Of a stretch of 64,000 bases of DNA, positions 40,944 through 51,139 are shown piece after piece. A model generated the notes under the pieces. That model was not told where the DNA came from. It did not search any database and worked only from the letters and a program-made list of their open reading frames with translations. Position 1 is the first letter of the stretch, and each line of letters opens with the position of its first letter. The position numbers and the translations under genes are program-made. The DNA is from Hyphomicrobiales bacterium. GTDB taxonomy: Bacteria > Pseudomonadota > Alphaproteobacteria > Rhizobiales > Aestuariivirgaceae. The stretch spans positions 1,058 to 65,057 of the forward strand of contig JANPGD010000054.1 of assembly GCA_031423845.1 (NCBI GenBank). The letters are read 5' to 3'.

Positions 40944-41171
40944 TGTTTCATCTCCAAAATTCTATTTCGGCAGCATATGAGATTGAGAATGAATGCAAAA
41001 TGAATAGGCTTTAAAAGCGCTGAATGGCAGCCCGTGCGACTTTTCAACCAAATCCGGGAAGGCGAGGTGGTCGTAGTGAGAGCGTTAGTCGATTATTCCG
41101 AAGTGCCCACTGTATTATTTGCTTTGTTGCAATGCACCCGCTAAAAGGCCGCTTCGTTTAAAGGTCAATTT

Positions 41172-41570
41172 ATGTCGCAAAATAAAGTCTCGTCTCGGCC
41201 GCTGTCGCCGCATCTGCAAATTTATCGGCCCATGCTGTCCACAGCCATGTCGATTTTCCACCGTATTACAGGTGTGGCCTTAAGTGTTGGCATGATTTTG
41301 CTGGTGTGGTGGTTTATGGCGGCTGCCTCGTCCGATGACTATTTTAATTTTGTGAATGGCCTCTTAGCGCATTGGCTCGGACGCTTAATGTTGTTTGGTT
41401 TCACTTGGGCGTTGATGCATCATATTTTGGGTGGCTTGCGCCATTTCCTCTGGGATACGGGCCGGGGATTTGAATTGAATAAGGTGGAATGGCTGGCTCG
41501 GGCCAATCTCATTGGTTCAATTGCGCTCACGCTGCTTCTCTGGATTATTGCTTACGGAGTGCGAGCATGA
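41172..41570 (+). CDS. sdhC: Succinate dehydrogenase cytochrome b556 subunit
   Basis: RPLSPHLQIY, SIFHRITG, H..GGLRHFLWD. Confidence 0.97.
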   Translation: MSQNKVSSRPLSPHLQIYRPMLSTAMSIFHRITGVALSVGMILLVWWFMAAASSDDYFNFVNGLLAHWLGRLMLFGFTWALMHHILGGLRHFLWDTGRGFELNKVEWLARANLIGSIALTLLLWIIAYGVRA

Positions 41571-41938
41571 GTGACCTTGGCAAAGTGCGTGGGCTTGGCT
41601 CGGCCAAATCTGGCACGGAACATTTCTGGATGCAGCGCGTAACAGCAATTGCCAATCTGCCACTGGTTATCTTCCTAATTTATTTCATCCTTGCGCATCT
41701 GGGGGCGCCGCGCGCCGCCGTTGTGGCCTCAATCAAAAATCCATTCTGTGCCGTGACGCTTTCATTGGCCATGGTCTCAATCCTCTGGCACATGCGCCTT
41801 GGGCTACAAGTGGTCATCGAAGATTATGTCCACAGTGAGGGTCGTAAACTGGCCGCATTGTTGATCATCAATTTCACAACATTCATTCTGGGTGCGCTTG
41901 CACTCTATGCAATTTTAGAAATGAGCTTCGGACTTTAA
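41567..41938 (+). CDS. sdhD: Succinate dehydrogenase membrane anchor
   Basis: [30 protein letters not shown]; start moved to 41567. Confidence 0.96.
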   Translation: MSDLGKVRGLGSAKSGTEHFWMQRVTAIANLPLVIFLIYFILAHLGAPRAAVVASIKNPFCAVTLSLAMVSILWHMRLGLQVVIEDYVHSEGRKLAALLIINFTTFILGALALYAILEMSFGL

Positions 41939-43728
41939 TGAACGCCTATCCAATTACTGATCATTCTTTTGATGTTATCGTCGTGGGTGCTGGTGGCTCA
42001 GGCCTGCGGGCAGCGCTTGGTGCTTCGCAAGCCGGATTAAAAACCGCCTGTATCAGCAAAGTGTTTCCCACCCGCTCACACACTGTGGCAGCGCAAGGCG
42101 GCATTGCTGCATCGCTCTCCAACATGGGCCCCGATTCGTGGCAATGGCACATGTATGACACCGTGAAGGGTGCTGATTGGTTAGGCGATCAAGACGCCAT
42201 TGAATATCTAGTGCGCAATGCACCAACCGCTGTTTACGAACTCGAACATTTCGGCATGCCATTTTCGCGCACTGAGGAAGGCAAGATTTATCAACGCCCC
42301 TTCGGCGGTCACATGATGAACATGGGCGAAGGCCCTCCCGTGCAGCGCACCTGTGCGGCGGCTGATCGCACCGGTCATGCCATGCTGCACACGCTTTATG
42401 GGCAGAGTCTTAGATATGACACAGCTTTCTTCATCGAATATTTTGCACTCGATCTGATCATGGAAAATGGTGAGTGTCGTGGCATCATGGCTATGTGCAT
42501 GGAAGATGGGTCGATCCATCGCTTCCGCGCCCACCAGACGATTTTGGCCACAGGCGGTTATGGCCGCGCCTATTTCTCGGCAACGTCTGCCCACACTTGC
42601 ACAGGTGATGGCAATGCCATGGTGCTGCGCGCTGGGCTGCCATTGCAAGATATGGAATTCGTGCAATTCCACCCCACCGGAATTTATGGCGCAGGTTGCC
42701 TGATCACTGAAGGCGCACGCGGCGAAGGTGGTTACTTAACCAATTCCGCTGGCGAACGCTTTATGGAACGCTATGCACCATCCGCCAAAGATTTGGCTTC
42801 GCGCGATGTGGTGTCGCGATCCATGACCATTGAAATTCGTGAAGGCCGTGGCGTTGGTCCGCTCAAGGATCACATCCACCTCCATCTCGAACATTTGGAC
42901 CCTTCAGTGTTACATGAGCGTCTGCCCGGCATTTCTGAGAGTGCAAAAATTTTCGCAGGTGTCGATGTGACCAAGGAACCAATCCCAATCCTGCCCACAG
43001 TCCATTACAACATGGGCGGCATTCCGACCAATTATCATGGTGAGGCTCTGGCTGGCGATAAGCGCAACCCCGAAAAAACTGTACCGGGCCTTATGGCAGT
43101 GGGCGAGGCCGCTTGTGTGTCCGTTCACGGAGCAAATCGCTTGGGGTCCAATTCGCTGATTGACTTGGTGGTCTTTGGCCGTGCTGCTGCATTGCGTTGC
43201 GTAGAAAAAGTAAAACCCAACTCTCCCCACGCCGATATCAAAACCGGCATGGGCGACGAGGCCATCGCGCGTCTGGATCATTATCGCAACGCCAATGGCG
43301 GAACACCCACAGCGCAGCTTCGTGCGAAAATGCAACGCACCATGCAAGATGATGCGGCGGTTTTCCGCACAGGGGAAACTCTCGCGCAAGGTGTGAAAAA
43401 AATCGGCGAAATCTGGAATGCCACTAACGATATTAAAGTGACTGACCGCTCACTGGTGTGGAACAGCGATCTCATCGAAACGCTGGAATATGAGAACTTG
43501 ATTTTGCAAGCCGCAGTAACCGTAACCAGCGCCGAAGCCCGCAAAGAAAGTCGTGGCGCCCACGCTCGTGAAGACTTCCCCAAGCGTGACGATAAAAACT
43601 GGATGAAGCATAGCTTAGCGTGGGCCGATAACGCAAAGCGCAAAGTAACATTAGGCTCCCGCCCCGTCCACGATTTCACCATGAGCAAAGACATAGACTA
43701 CATCAAGCCAAAGGCGCGGGTTTACTAA
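41938..43728 (+). CDS. sdhA: Succinate dehydrogenase flavoprotein
   Basis: [29 protein letters not shown]. Confidence 0.98.
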   Translation: MNAYPITDHSFDVIVVGAGGSGLRAALGASQAGLKTACISKVFPTRSHTVAAQGGIAASLSNMGPDSWQWHMYDTVKGADWLGDQDAIEYLVRNAPTAVYELEHFGMPFSRTEEGKIYQRPFGGHMMNMGEGPPVQRTCAAADRTGHAMLHTLYGQSLRYDTAFFIEYFALDLIMENGECRGIMAMCMEDGSIHRFRAHQTILATGGYGRAYFSATSAHTCTGDGNAMVLRAGLPLQDMEFVQFHPTGIYGAGCLITEGARGEGGYLTNSAGERFMERYAPSAKDLASRDVVSRSMTIEIREGRGVGPLKDHIHLHLEHLDPSVLHERLPGISESAKIFAGVDVTKEPIPILPTVHYNMGGIPTNYHGEALAGDKRNPEKTVPGLMAVGEAACVSVHGANRLGSNSLIDLVVFGRAAALRCVEKVKPNSPHADIKTGMGDEAIARLDHYRNANGGTPTAQLRAKMQRTMQDDAAVFRTGETLAQGVKKIGEIWNATNDIKVTDRSLVWNSDLIETLEYENLILQAAVTVTSAEARKESRGAHAREDFPKRDDKNWMKHSLAWADNAKRKVTLGSRPVHDFTMSKDIDYIKPKARVY

Positions 43729-43729
43729 A

Positions 43730-44506
43730 ATGGTTGAATTTGCACTGCCGAATAACTCCAAACTCACCCCCGGAAAAATCTGGCCTATTCCTGCCGCCAA
43801 GAATCTCCGTGAGTTTAAAATCTATCGTTGGAATCCTGATGACGGTCAGAACCCGCATGTGGATACATACACGCTGGACATGGACCAGTGCGGGCCAATG
43901 GTTCTTGATGCGCTGATTAAAATTAAAAATGAGCAAGACCCAACGCTCACCTTCCGCCGCTCGTGCCGCGAAGGGATTTGCGGCTCTTGCGCCATGAATA
44001 TTGATGGCACCAACACGCTGGCTTGTTTGAAATCTTGTGATGATGTGAAAGGGGCGGTGAAAATTTATCCACTGCCGCACATGTCTGTGGTGAAAGATTT
44101 AGTTCCGGATATGACGCATTTTTACGCGCAGCACCGCTCCATCGAGCCTTGGCTCAAGACCACGACGCCAACCCCCCAAGCCGAATGGAAACAATCTGAA
44201 TCCGAACGTGCTTTATTGGATGGCCTTTATGAATGCATTCTCTGCGCCTGCTGCTCGACATCCTGCCCAAGCTACTGGTGGAATGGCGACCGTTACTTAG
44301 GCCCCGCCGTTTTGCTGCAAGCCTATCGCTGGTTGATCGACAGCCGCGACGAAGCCACAGGCGACCGCCTCGATAATCTTGAAGACCCGTTTAGGCTCTA
44401 TCGTTGCCACACCATTATGAACTGCGCCAAAGCTTGCCCGAAAGGCTTAAGCCCCGCGAAAGCAATTGCTGAGATTAAGAAGATGATGGTGGAGCGGCGG
44501 GTTTGA
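43730..44506 (+). CDS. sdhB: Succinate dehydrogenase iron-sulfur subunit
   Basis: [33 protein letters not shown]. Confidence 0.98.
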   Translation: MVEFALPNNSKLTPGKIWPIPAAKNLREFKIYRWNPDDGQNPHVDTYTLDMDQCGPMVLDALIKIKNEQDPTLTFRRSCREGICGSCAMNIDGTNTLACLKSCDDVKGAVKIYPLPHMSVVKDLVPDMTHFYAQHRSIEPWLKTTTPTPQAEWKQSESERALLDGLYECILCACCSTSCPSYWWNGDRYLGPAVLLQAYRWLIDSRDEATGDRLDNLEDPFRLYRCHTIMNCAKACPKGLSPAKAIAEIKKMMVERRV

Positions 44507-44526
44507 TTTTGCACCAACGCGAGCTA

Positions 44527-44793
44527 ATGAAGTTTCGTGAAGAGATTGACGCCGTGGACGCGGAGTTGTTTGCGCTGATTCAAAAACGTTTCGCCATTGT
44601 CGATCGCGTGATTGATGTAAAACAGGCGGCAAGCATTCCAGCCATGTTGCCAGATCGCATTGAGCAAGTGGTACAAAATGTTCTGCGCCGCTCCAAGGAA
44701 ACTAAAGTTCCGCCGCAAGCAATTGAAAAACTCTGGCGCGTGCTTATTGCCGAAACCATTGCCTATGAAGAAAAAGTTTTAAACGCCAAATAA
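44527..44793 (+). CDS. Chorismate mutase type II-like protein
   Basis: REEIDAVD..L..LI.KRF...K......PDR..QV; TTG start at 44503 also possible. Confidence 0.75.
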   Translation: MKFREEIDAVDAELFALIQKRFAIVDRVIDVKQAASIPAMLPDRIEQVVQNVLRRSKETKVPPQAIEKLWRVLIAETIAYEEKVLNAK

Positions 44794-44835
44794 TAAAGCC
44801 TATAGCGAACCTAAATTCTGCACACGAGGATCACC

Positions 44836-47565
44836 ATGTCACTTGATAGCTTCAAATCCCGCAAAACTCTTAAAGTTGGCACCAAAACCTACACTTACTT
44901 CAGCTTGAAGGCGGCGGAAAAGAATGGGCTGAAGGGTATTTCTGCTTTGCCAGCTTCGATGAAAGTGCTGCTGGAAAACCTTCTGCGCAATGAAGATAAT
45001 CGCACTGTAACCAAAGCCGATATTCAAGGCTTTGTTGCTTGGCTTTCTAACAAAGGCAAGGAAGACAAAGAAGTGGGCTTCCGCCCCGCCCGCGTGTTGA
45101 TGCAAGATTTCACCGGAGTTCCAGCTGTAGTAGATTTGGCCGCCATGCGCGATGGCATGAAGCAACTCAAAGGCGATGCGCAGAAAATCAATCCATTGGT
45201 GCCGGTTGATCTGGTGATCGACCATTCGGTGGTGGTTGATAGTTACGGCAGCAGCAAATCTCTGGCCGCCAATGTGCAGCGCGAATATGAACAGAACATG
45301 GAGCGCTATAAATTCTTGAAATGGGGGCAAGGCGCCTTTGAAAACTTCCGCGTAGTGCCGCCCGGCACTGGCATTTGCCATCAGGTGAATCTCGAATATC
45401 TCTCGCAAACCGTATGGACTCGCGAAGAAAAAGTGAAGGGAAAAAAGGTCACCATGGCCTATCCCGATACGCTCGTGGGAACCGACAGTCACACCACTAT
45501 GGTGAACGGCCTTGGGGTTCTCGGCTGGGGTGTGGGCGGCATTGAAGCCGAAGCCGCCATGCTCGGCCAGCCGCAATCCATGCTGCTGCCTGAAGTGATC
45601 GGTTTCAAATTGACCGGCAAACTTAAAGAAGGTGTGACGGCAACAGACCTTGTTCTACTCGTCACCCAAATGCTGCGTAAAAAAGGCGTGGTTGGAAAGT
45701 TCGTGGAATTCTTTGGCCCCGGCCTTCCTGCCCTCACATTGGCGGACCGCGCGACAATCGCCAATATGGCCCCTGAATATGGAGCAACCTGCGGCTTCTT
45801 CCCGGTGGATAGCGTGACCTTGAGCTATCTCAAATTCTCTGGCCGTAAAAATGATCGCATCGCGCTCGTCGAAAAATACGCCAAGGCGCAAGGCATGTTC
45901 TTGACCGCCAAAAGCGTTGACCCAGTATTCACCGACACAGTGGAACTCGACCTTGCATCAGTTGTGCCCGCCATGGCAGGCCCCAACCGGCCCGAAAAAT
46001 TTGTGCCATTGCAAGATATTAAGGCGGGCTTCCGCTCTGCATTGGATGCGCCGAAGGACAAGGCAGGCTTTGCCAAAACCGGCGAGCAAGACAAGCGCGT
46101 AAAAGTGGAAGGCAAAAACTTCGAGATCAGCCATGGTGATGTGGTGATTGCTGCCATCACGTCCTGCACCAACACCTCAAACCCATCCGTGTTGATCGGC
46201 GCTGGCTTGCTCGCGAAAAAAGCGGCAGCACTCGGCTTGCAATCAAAGCCTTGGGTGAAAACCTCATTCGCCCCCGGCAGCCAAGTGGTGAGCGAATATA
46301 TGAATAAGTCTGGCTTGCAAAAGGAACTGAACAAGATCGGTTTCTATCTTGTGGGTTATGGCTGCACCACTTGCATCGGCAATTCCGGCCCGCTGGACCC
46401 GGCCATTTCCAAAGCGATCAATGACAATGGCATGGTCGCAGCTGCGGTGATTTCGGGCAACCGTAACTTTGAAGGCCGCGTCTCGCCAGATGTGCAAGCA
46501 GCTTACCTCGCCTCGCCTCCCTTAGTGGTGGCTTACGCGCTGGCAGGCTCCACCCAGATTGATCTCACCATGGAGCCATTGGGCCACGATAAAAAAGGCA
46601 AGCCCGTTTTCCTCAAAGACATTTGGCCCACCAACAAAGAAATCGAAACCTTCGTGAGGAAAAACATCACCGCGAAAATGTTCAAAACCCGTTATGCCGA
46701 TGTGTTCAAGGGCGACAAAAATTGGCGTGGTGTAACCACCAGTAAAGGCGAAACCTATGCTTGGGATAACACCTCAACCTATGTTCAAAACCCGCCCTAT
46801 TTTGAAGGCATGCAGAAAGCGCCAAAGCCGATCACCGATATTAAAGGTGCGCGCATCCTCGGCCTGTTTGGTGATAAAATCACCACCGATCATATTTCGC
46901 CCGCAGGTTCCATCAAGGCCGCATCGCCTGCCGGAAAATATTTAACCGACAATGGCGTGCGCCCGATTGACTTCAATCAATACGGCACGCGGCGCGGCAA
47001 CCATGAAGTGATGATGCGTGGAACCTTCGCCAACATTCGCATTAAGAACCACATGGTCAAAGGCCCCGATGGCAATGTGAAGGAGGGCGGCTTCACGCTG
47101 TATCAGCCTAAAGGCGTTGAAATGGCCATCTATGATGCCGCCATGCTTTATGCCCATGAGAAAGTTCCGTTAGTTGTATTCGCCGGCATCGAATATGGCA
47201 ACGGCTCATCGCGCGATTGGGCGGCCAAGGGCACCAGTTTGCTCGGCGTGCGCGCCGTGATTGCGCAAAGTTTCGAGCGCATCCACCGTTCAAACTTGGT
47301 GGGCATGGGTGTTGTTCCATTGCAATTCATGGAAGGCCAAAGCTGGGAATCTTTGGGTTTGAAGGGCGATGAAACCATCGCCATCAAAGGTTTGGCCGAT
47401 GGCCTAAAACCCCGCGAAACCATGAAGGTTGAAGTAACCCGTGCCGATGGCACCACATCGTCATTCACAGCCCTATGCCGCATCGATACGCTGGACGAGA
47501 TTGATTACTACAACAACGGTGGCATCTTGCAGTTTGTGCTGAGGAACTTGGCGAAGGCGGGGTGA
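44836..47565 (+). CDS. acnA: Aconitate hydratase A
   Basis: MQDFTG, GTDSHT, AITSCTN, GCTTCIGN, TTDHISP, GSSRDWAAK. Confidence 0.98.
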   Translation: MSLDSFKSRKTLKVGTKTYTYFSLKAAEKNGLKGISALPASMKVLLENLLRNEDNRTVTKADIQGFVAWLSNKGKEDKEVGFRPARVLMQDFTGVPAVVDLAAMRDGMKQLKGDAQKINPLVPVDLVIDHSVVVDSYGSSKSLAANVQREYEQNMERYKFLKWGQGAFENFRVVPPGTGICHQVNLEYLSQTVWTREEKVKGKKVTMAYPDTLVGTDSHTTMVNGLGVLGWGVGGIEAEAAMLGQPQSMLLPEVIGFKLTGKLKEGVTATDLVLLVTQMLRKKGVVGKFVEFFGPGLPALTLADRATIANMAPEYGATCGFFPVDSVTLSYLKFSGRKNDRIALVEKYAKAQGMFLTAKSVDPVFTDTVELDLASVVPAMAGPNRPEKFVPLQDIKAGFRSALDAPKDKAGFAKTGEQDKRVKVEGKNFEISHGDVVIAAITSCTNTSNPSVLIGAGLLAKKAAALGLQSKPWVKTSFAPGSQVVSEYMNKSGLQKELNKIGFYLVGYGCTTCIGNSGPLDPAISKAINDNGMVAAAVISGNRNFEGRVSPDVQAAYLASPPLVVAYALAGSTQIDLTMEPLGHDKKGKPVFLKDIWPTNKEIETFVRKNITAKMFKTRYADVFKGDKNWRGVTTSKGETYAWDNTSTYVQNPPYFEGMQKAPKPITDIKGARILGLFGDKITTDHISPAGSIKAASPAGKYLTDNGVRPIDFNQYGTRRGNHEVMMRGTFANIRIKNHMVKGPDGNVKEGGFTLYQPKGVEMAIYDAAMLYAHEKVPLVVFAGIEYGNGSSRDWAAKGTSLLGVRAVIAQSFERIHRSNLVGMGVVPLQFMEGQSWESLGLKGDETIAIKGLADGLKPRETMKVEVTRADGTTSSFTALCRIDTLDEIDYYNNGGILQFVLRNLAKAG
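47479..47565 (+). repeat. acnA 3'-end direct repeat, copy 1 (within the gene)
   Basis: 87 nt matching 48281-48367 with 7 mismatches (manual alignment). Confidence 0.95.
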
Positions 47566-47578
47566 GGTTCACCATAAC

Positions 47579-48061
47579 TTACTTTACGCGTTTCGCGACG
47601 CGATCACACAATGGCAGCCAAACTTCACCCGGTTTGCGCCATTCCCATGCGATCACTTGCGTCTTTCCGCCGTCCGTGAATTCGATGCGAGCGCGTTCTG
47701 TGGCGCCGACGAATGTCCAAGTATCGCCCTCGACTTTTGTGACATAGTCGCGGATAAACCCGTGGTTTTCATAAGAGCGCGTCGCATAGTTGCCCGTGTC
47801 GGCGTCAAGATTGATGATCGCGGTGCCCTTGAATGGGTTCGTGCCAGTCTTGGCGTCCCAATTTTGAATGACGAAGAACTTTCCGGGTAGCCAATCATAA
47901 GTCTCGTCGCTGACCCATTTTTCCACTGAGCCGCGCGGTTCCTTCTTCGTCTGACCCACCGCATAGGACTCTCCTTCGGCGTGCCATTTGCCGATGAAAA
48001 CGTTCATGTACTGGTGCGCCGCACTGGATTTGGAGGGTTGGTCTGTAGCTTTATAAGTCAT
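47579..48061 (-). CDS. DUF1579-like protein
   Basis: FIGKWHAEG, ETYDWLPGKFFV, W.PLCD; codon style differs from flanks. Confidence 0.7.
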   Translation of the reverse strand: MTYKATDQPSKSSAAHQYMNVFIGKWHAEGESYAVGQTKKEPRGSVEKWVSDETYDWLPGKFFVIQNWDAKTGTNPFKGTAIINLDADTGNYATRSYENHGFIRDYVTKVEGDTWTFVGATERARIEFTDGGKTQVIAWEWRKPGEVWLPLCDRVAKRVK

Positions 48062-48280
48062 CAGTTTTCTCTTTGTTTCAAAAACTTAGGGACGAACCGG
48101 AGAGGGACTCGTCCAACTCGACGTTGGTCAAAGGAAAAACCGGACAAACAATTTATATCCGATGCCTTCTCGACAGGATAAGGCGCACCCGCGAATAAAA
48201 CACGTCATATTCCAGAAAGTTCCCCTGCTAAAATAGAATTAAATTACCGTGAAGTTGCACAGAACTCCTCACTTTTGCAC

Positions 48281-48367
48281 CGCATCGATACGCTGCATGA
48301 GATTGATTATTACAACAATGGTGGCATCTTGCAGTTTGTGCTGAGGAACTTGGCGAAGGCGGGTTAG
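48281..48367 (+). repeat. acnA 3'-end direct repeat, copy 2 (orphan tail)
   Basis: Encodes RIDTLHEIDYYNNGGILQFVLRNLAKAG*, with no acnA similarity upstream. Confidence 0.95.
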
Positions 48368-48404
48368 GTTGCGACGGCTTTCTGTGGAGCGCCTCAGGTG
48401 TAAA

Positions 48405-48848
48405 TCATGCAGTCGGTTCTATCCATTTGGCGTTGACCTTACCACGACCAAGAATGTCACAACTCCTTTCGAGCGTAACAATAGTAAAGTGCTGCCACGA
48501 CTTGTGTTCAAGTGTCTCAGAAATAGCTCTTGACTAAGTAAAATCAGCATTTCGATACCAGTCGGAGTCGGTAATTTCGAGTAAGGCTCTGGTAAATCCA
48601 AGTGAATCTCTCGGCAGCTCCACTTTTTCATTCAAGCTAGGACCGTTAGCGTCGTAAAACGTCCTGAATGCAAGTACCTCGGGGATGTGGATGTGCAGGT
48701 CTAATGTGTTTCCTATAACCCAGCTATAGCGAAGAATAAGCTCTATACTTCTGTCCTCATGGCTCGTCAGCTTGAAGTCGGCACATGTCGAATCTGGAAT
48801 TCCTTCCAGAGGTTCCCATCTTATTACTTGCTGCAGTAGTTTGGTCAT
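48405..48848 (-). pseudogene. Hypothetical gene with an in-frame TAG at 48534-48536
   Basis: The frame continues after the stop as SRAISETLEHKSWQHFTIVTLERSCDILGRGKVNAKWIEPTA* to TGA at 48405. Confidence 0.55.
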
Positions 48849-48962
48849 TGTTTCAGCATAGCCAAGTTTGCTGTTTATTAAAACCTCACCCGACTAATAG
48901 TTTAAGGAAGGTACGAACTGTAAATTGTGCTTTGATATTCATTTGTGAAGACGGATTAGTTC

Positions 48963-49458
48963 ATCACCCTTCTCCCATCGGGAGAAGGTGCCCGAAGGGC
49001 GGATGAGGGTCTTAACGCAGCTTCGATTGTTTCAGGATGATTAGAATTCCATCCAAGACGTCAGTCATGTGGTTGAACACATCCAAGCTATTCACCCGGT
49101 GAACAGTGAAACCTTTGGTCCTCATATATTGTGTCCTGCGTTCGTCGTATAGAACTTCATGCTGGTCACCATGTGTTACACCATCCACTTCGACGACCAA
49201 ACCGTGGCTAAGACACGCAAAGTCTGCGATGAAAGGTGGGATTGGCACTTGCCTTCTGAATTTGAAGTTGGCCAGTCTGCGGTCACGTAAATACCCCCAT
49301 AGCTTGATTTCAGCCTCAGTTTCACTCTTGCGCAAAATACGCGCTCTGGAAAGTGTGAGTGGGGATTTTTCCATGGCAGGATATTCTATTAAATCGGAGT
49401 GTGCGGCAAGGCCCTCATCCGCCCTTCGGGCACCTTCTCTCGAAGAGAGAAGGGTGAT
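48963..49458. mobile_element. Putative element: DUF559 nuclease between 47-bp structured inverted repeats (CIR/DIR-like)
   Basis: Arms 48963-49009 and 49412-49458 are reverse complements with 3 mismatches. Confidence 0.7.
49012..49374 (-). CDS. DUF559 / Vsr-like endonuclease-domain protein
   Basis: AR.LRK..TEAE..LW..LR, KFRRQVPI, ADFAC, VEVDG..H, D..R...M...GF.V.R; start moved to ATG 49374. Confidence 0.9.
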   Translation of the reverse strand: MEKSPLTLSRARILRKSETEAEIKLWGYLRDRRLANFKFRRQVPIPPFIADFACLSHGLVVEVDGVTHGDQHEVLYDERRTQYMRTKGFTVHRVNSLDVFNHMTDVLDGILIILKQSKLR

Positions 49459-49503
49459 AGCACTGTGGTTTGGAGCATTCCTGTACGAATAACTCGATGA
49501 AGG

Positions 49504-49818
49504 ATGAAACCTGTGGCCAAAGGATATTGGATTGCGCATGTCGATGTGAGCGACACTGAAGGATACAAAGAGTATCAAGCCGCAAACGCGGTTGCATTCC
49601 GCAAATACGGAGCGCGATTCTTAGTGCGCGGCGGCACATCAAAACTGCCGGAGGGTAAGCTGCGATCCCGCCATGTTATCATCGAGTTTAAAGATTATGC
49701 GACTGCACTCGCCTGCTACAGTTCGCCGGAATATGCTGTCGCGATAGAAAAACGCAAAGGCAGAAGCGACATGGACTGTGTCATTGTTGAAGGTTATGAT
49801 GGCGTACAGCCAATTTAA
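49504..49818 (+). CDS. DUF1330 family protein
   Basis: KGYWIAHV, YGARFLVRGG, IEF...A.ACY.SPEY. Confidence 0.88.
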   Translation: MKPVAKGYWIAHVDVSDTEGYKEYQAANAVAFRKYGARFLVRGGTSKLPEGKLRSRHVIIEFKDYATALACYSSPEYAVAIEKRKGRSDMDCVIVEGYDGVQPI

Positions 49819-49847
49819 TTCACGGCAATTTAGAAGGGAAGTTTAAT

Positions 49848-50201
49848 ATGTATTTCGATTTCATGGTCATTCCAATTCCTACAGCAAACCTCAAAGCCTA
49901 CAAATCACTCGTCAAAAAATCCGCCGCAGCGTGGAAGCGTGCTGGGGCTTTGGCGTATGTTGAAGCCATTGCTGAAGACGTGAAAGAAGGCAAAGTCACC
50001 TCATTCCAAAAGTCGGTAAAACTCAAAGCTGACGAAACAGTGGGTTGCGCTTATCTGGTATTTAAATCTAAGGCGCATCGCAACCAGTGTTGGAAAAAGA
50101 TCATGGCTGATCCCTTTATGACAGAGTTTGACCCCAAGACCATGCCGTTTGATGGCAAGCGCATGTTTTTTGGTGGCTTCAAACCCATCGTGCAATTCTA
50201 A
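49848..50201 (+). CDS. DUF1428 (YbaA) family protein
   Basis: GKVTSF..SVK, M.DP, MPFDGKRMFFGGF. Confidence 0.9.
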   Translation: MYFDFMVIPIPTANLKAYKSLVKKSAAAWKRAGALAYVEAIAEDVKEGKVTSFQKSVKLKADETVGCAYLVFKSKAHRNQCWKKIMADPFMTEFDPKTMPFDGKRMFFGGFKPIVQF

Positions 50202-50295
50202 GCAAAAATATTTTAAGCTCCGCGAACCGTTTTGCAGTTCTCATGTCTCTTATGTTTACGTGGCACATATGCGCCACTCAACAGGAGAGCGTTTG

Positions 50296-50514
50296 ATGTT
50301 CTATCGTAAAAATATTTACACTTGGGAGCAGGGCTTGCGCATTATCGCCAGTGCCGCACTTGTGGCCTATGCTGCCTTGGTGATACCTGCGAGCATGTTA
50401 AGCTATACCTTGATCGCTGGTGGCATTGGCTTTGGCCTTACGGGTGTGTTTGGCTTTTGCCCCATGTGCGCGATGGTGGGTAGACGGCTTAAAACAGCCA
50501 ACGAAATTAAATAA
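50296..50514 (+). CDS. DUF2892/YgaP-like small membrane protein with CPMC
   Basis: KNI..WE..LR, two TM helices, TG..GFCPMC; AGGAG RBS. Confidence 0.8.
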   Translation: MFYRKNIYTWEQGLRIIASAALVAYAALVIPASMLSYTLIAGGIGFGLTGVFGFCPMCAMVGRRLKTANEIK

Positions 50515-50516
50515 CC

Positions 50517-51035
50517 GTGGCACGGGCTGATCAAGCAATGGTGCAAGCCGCAATGGCTGGCGACCAGCACGCGGTGGTGAGCCTGCTCACCATCGTGCAG
50601 CCCGATGTCCGACGTTTTGCCAGAGCTCAATGCCGAACCTCAAGTGACGTTGATGATGCCGTGCAGGAAGCTTTGTGGCTGCTCTATCGGCGCATTGGTA
50701 TGTTGCGGGTGGCGGGTGCTTTATCGGCGTGGTTATTCACCGTGGTGCGCCATGCGTGCCTGCGTCTCGCCAGTTCGGCATTTCATAAAACGCTGGCGCT
50801 TGAAGATTATGACAATGATCTCAAATTCGCTTCTGTTCCCACAGCAGATTTGCGCATTGATGTGGCGGCGGCAATCAGCTCGCTGCCGCCCCATTACCGC
50901 GAAATTATAATTCTACGTGATCTACAAGAAATGACCATTGATGAAATCGGATTATCTCTCATGCTCAGCCGTGAATCGGTGAAGGGCCGCTTGCACCGTG
51001 CACGAATGCTGTTGCGAGAATATCTCTCGAAATAG
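50517..51035 (+). CDS. ECF RNA polymerase sigma factor
   Basis: AAMAGD, DDAVQE, AWLFTVVR, LP..YREIIILRD...EI...VKGRLHRAR. Confidence 0.92.
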   Translation: MARADQAMVQAAMAGDQHAVVSLLTIVQPDVRRFARAQCRTSSDVDDAVQEALWLLYRRIGMLRVAGALSAWLFTVVRHACLRLASSAFHKTLALEDYDNDLKFASVPTADLRIDVAAAISSLPPHYREIIILRDLQEMTIDEIGLSLMLSRESVKGRLHRARMLLREYLSK

Positions 51036-51139
51036 CGATCTGGCGTTTAAAATTTTATGTTTATTATTCTAATCAAATCACAAATTTATAAATCATTCCA
51101 CTTTAGGCTGAGCGATGATGAATCCTGAGGTTAGAAGCG

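Noticed and set aside
44839-45576. Long antisense ORFs over acnA and other core genes
   Set aside because: Shadow frames of well-conserved genes with no recognisable motifs.
49012-49578. 188-aa version of the DUF559 ORF
   Set aside because: The extension runs through the right inverted repeat and overlaps the DUF1330 gene; family similarity starts near ATG 49374.
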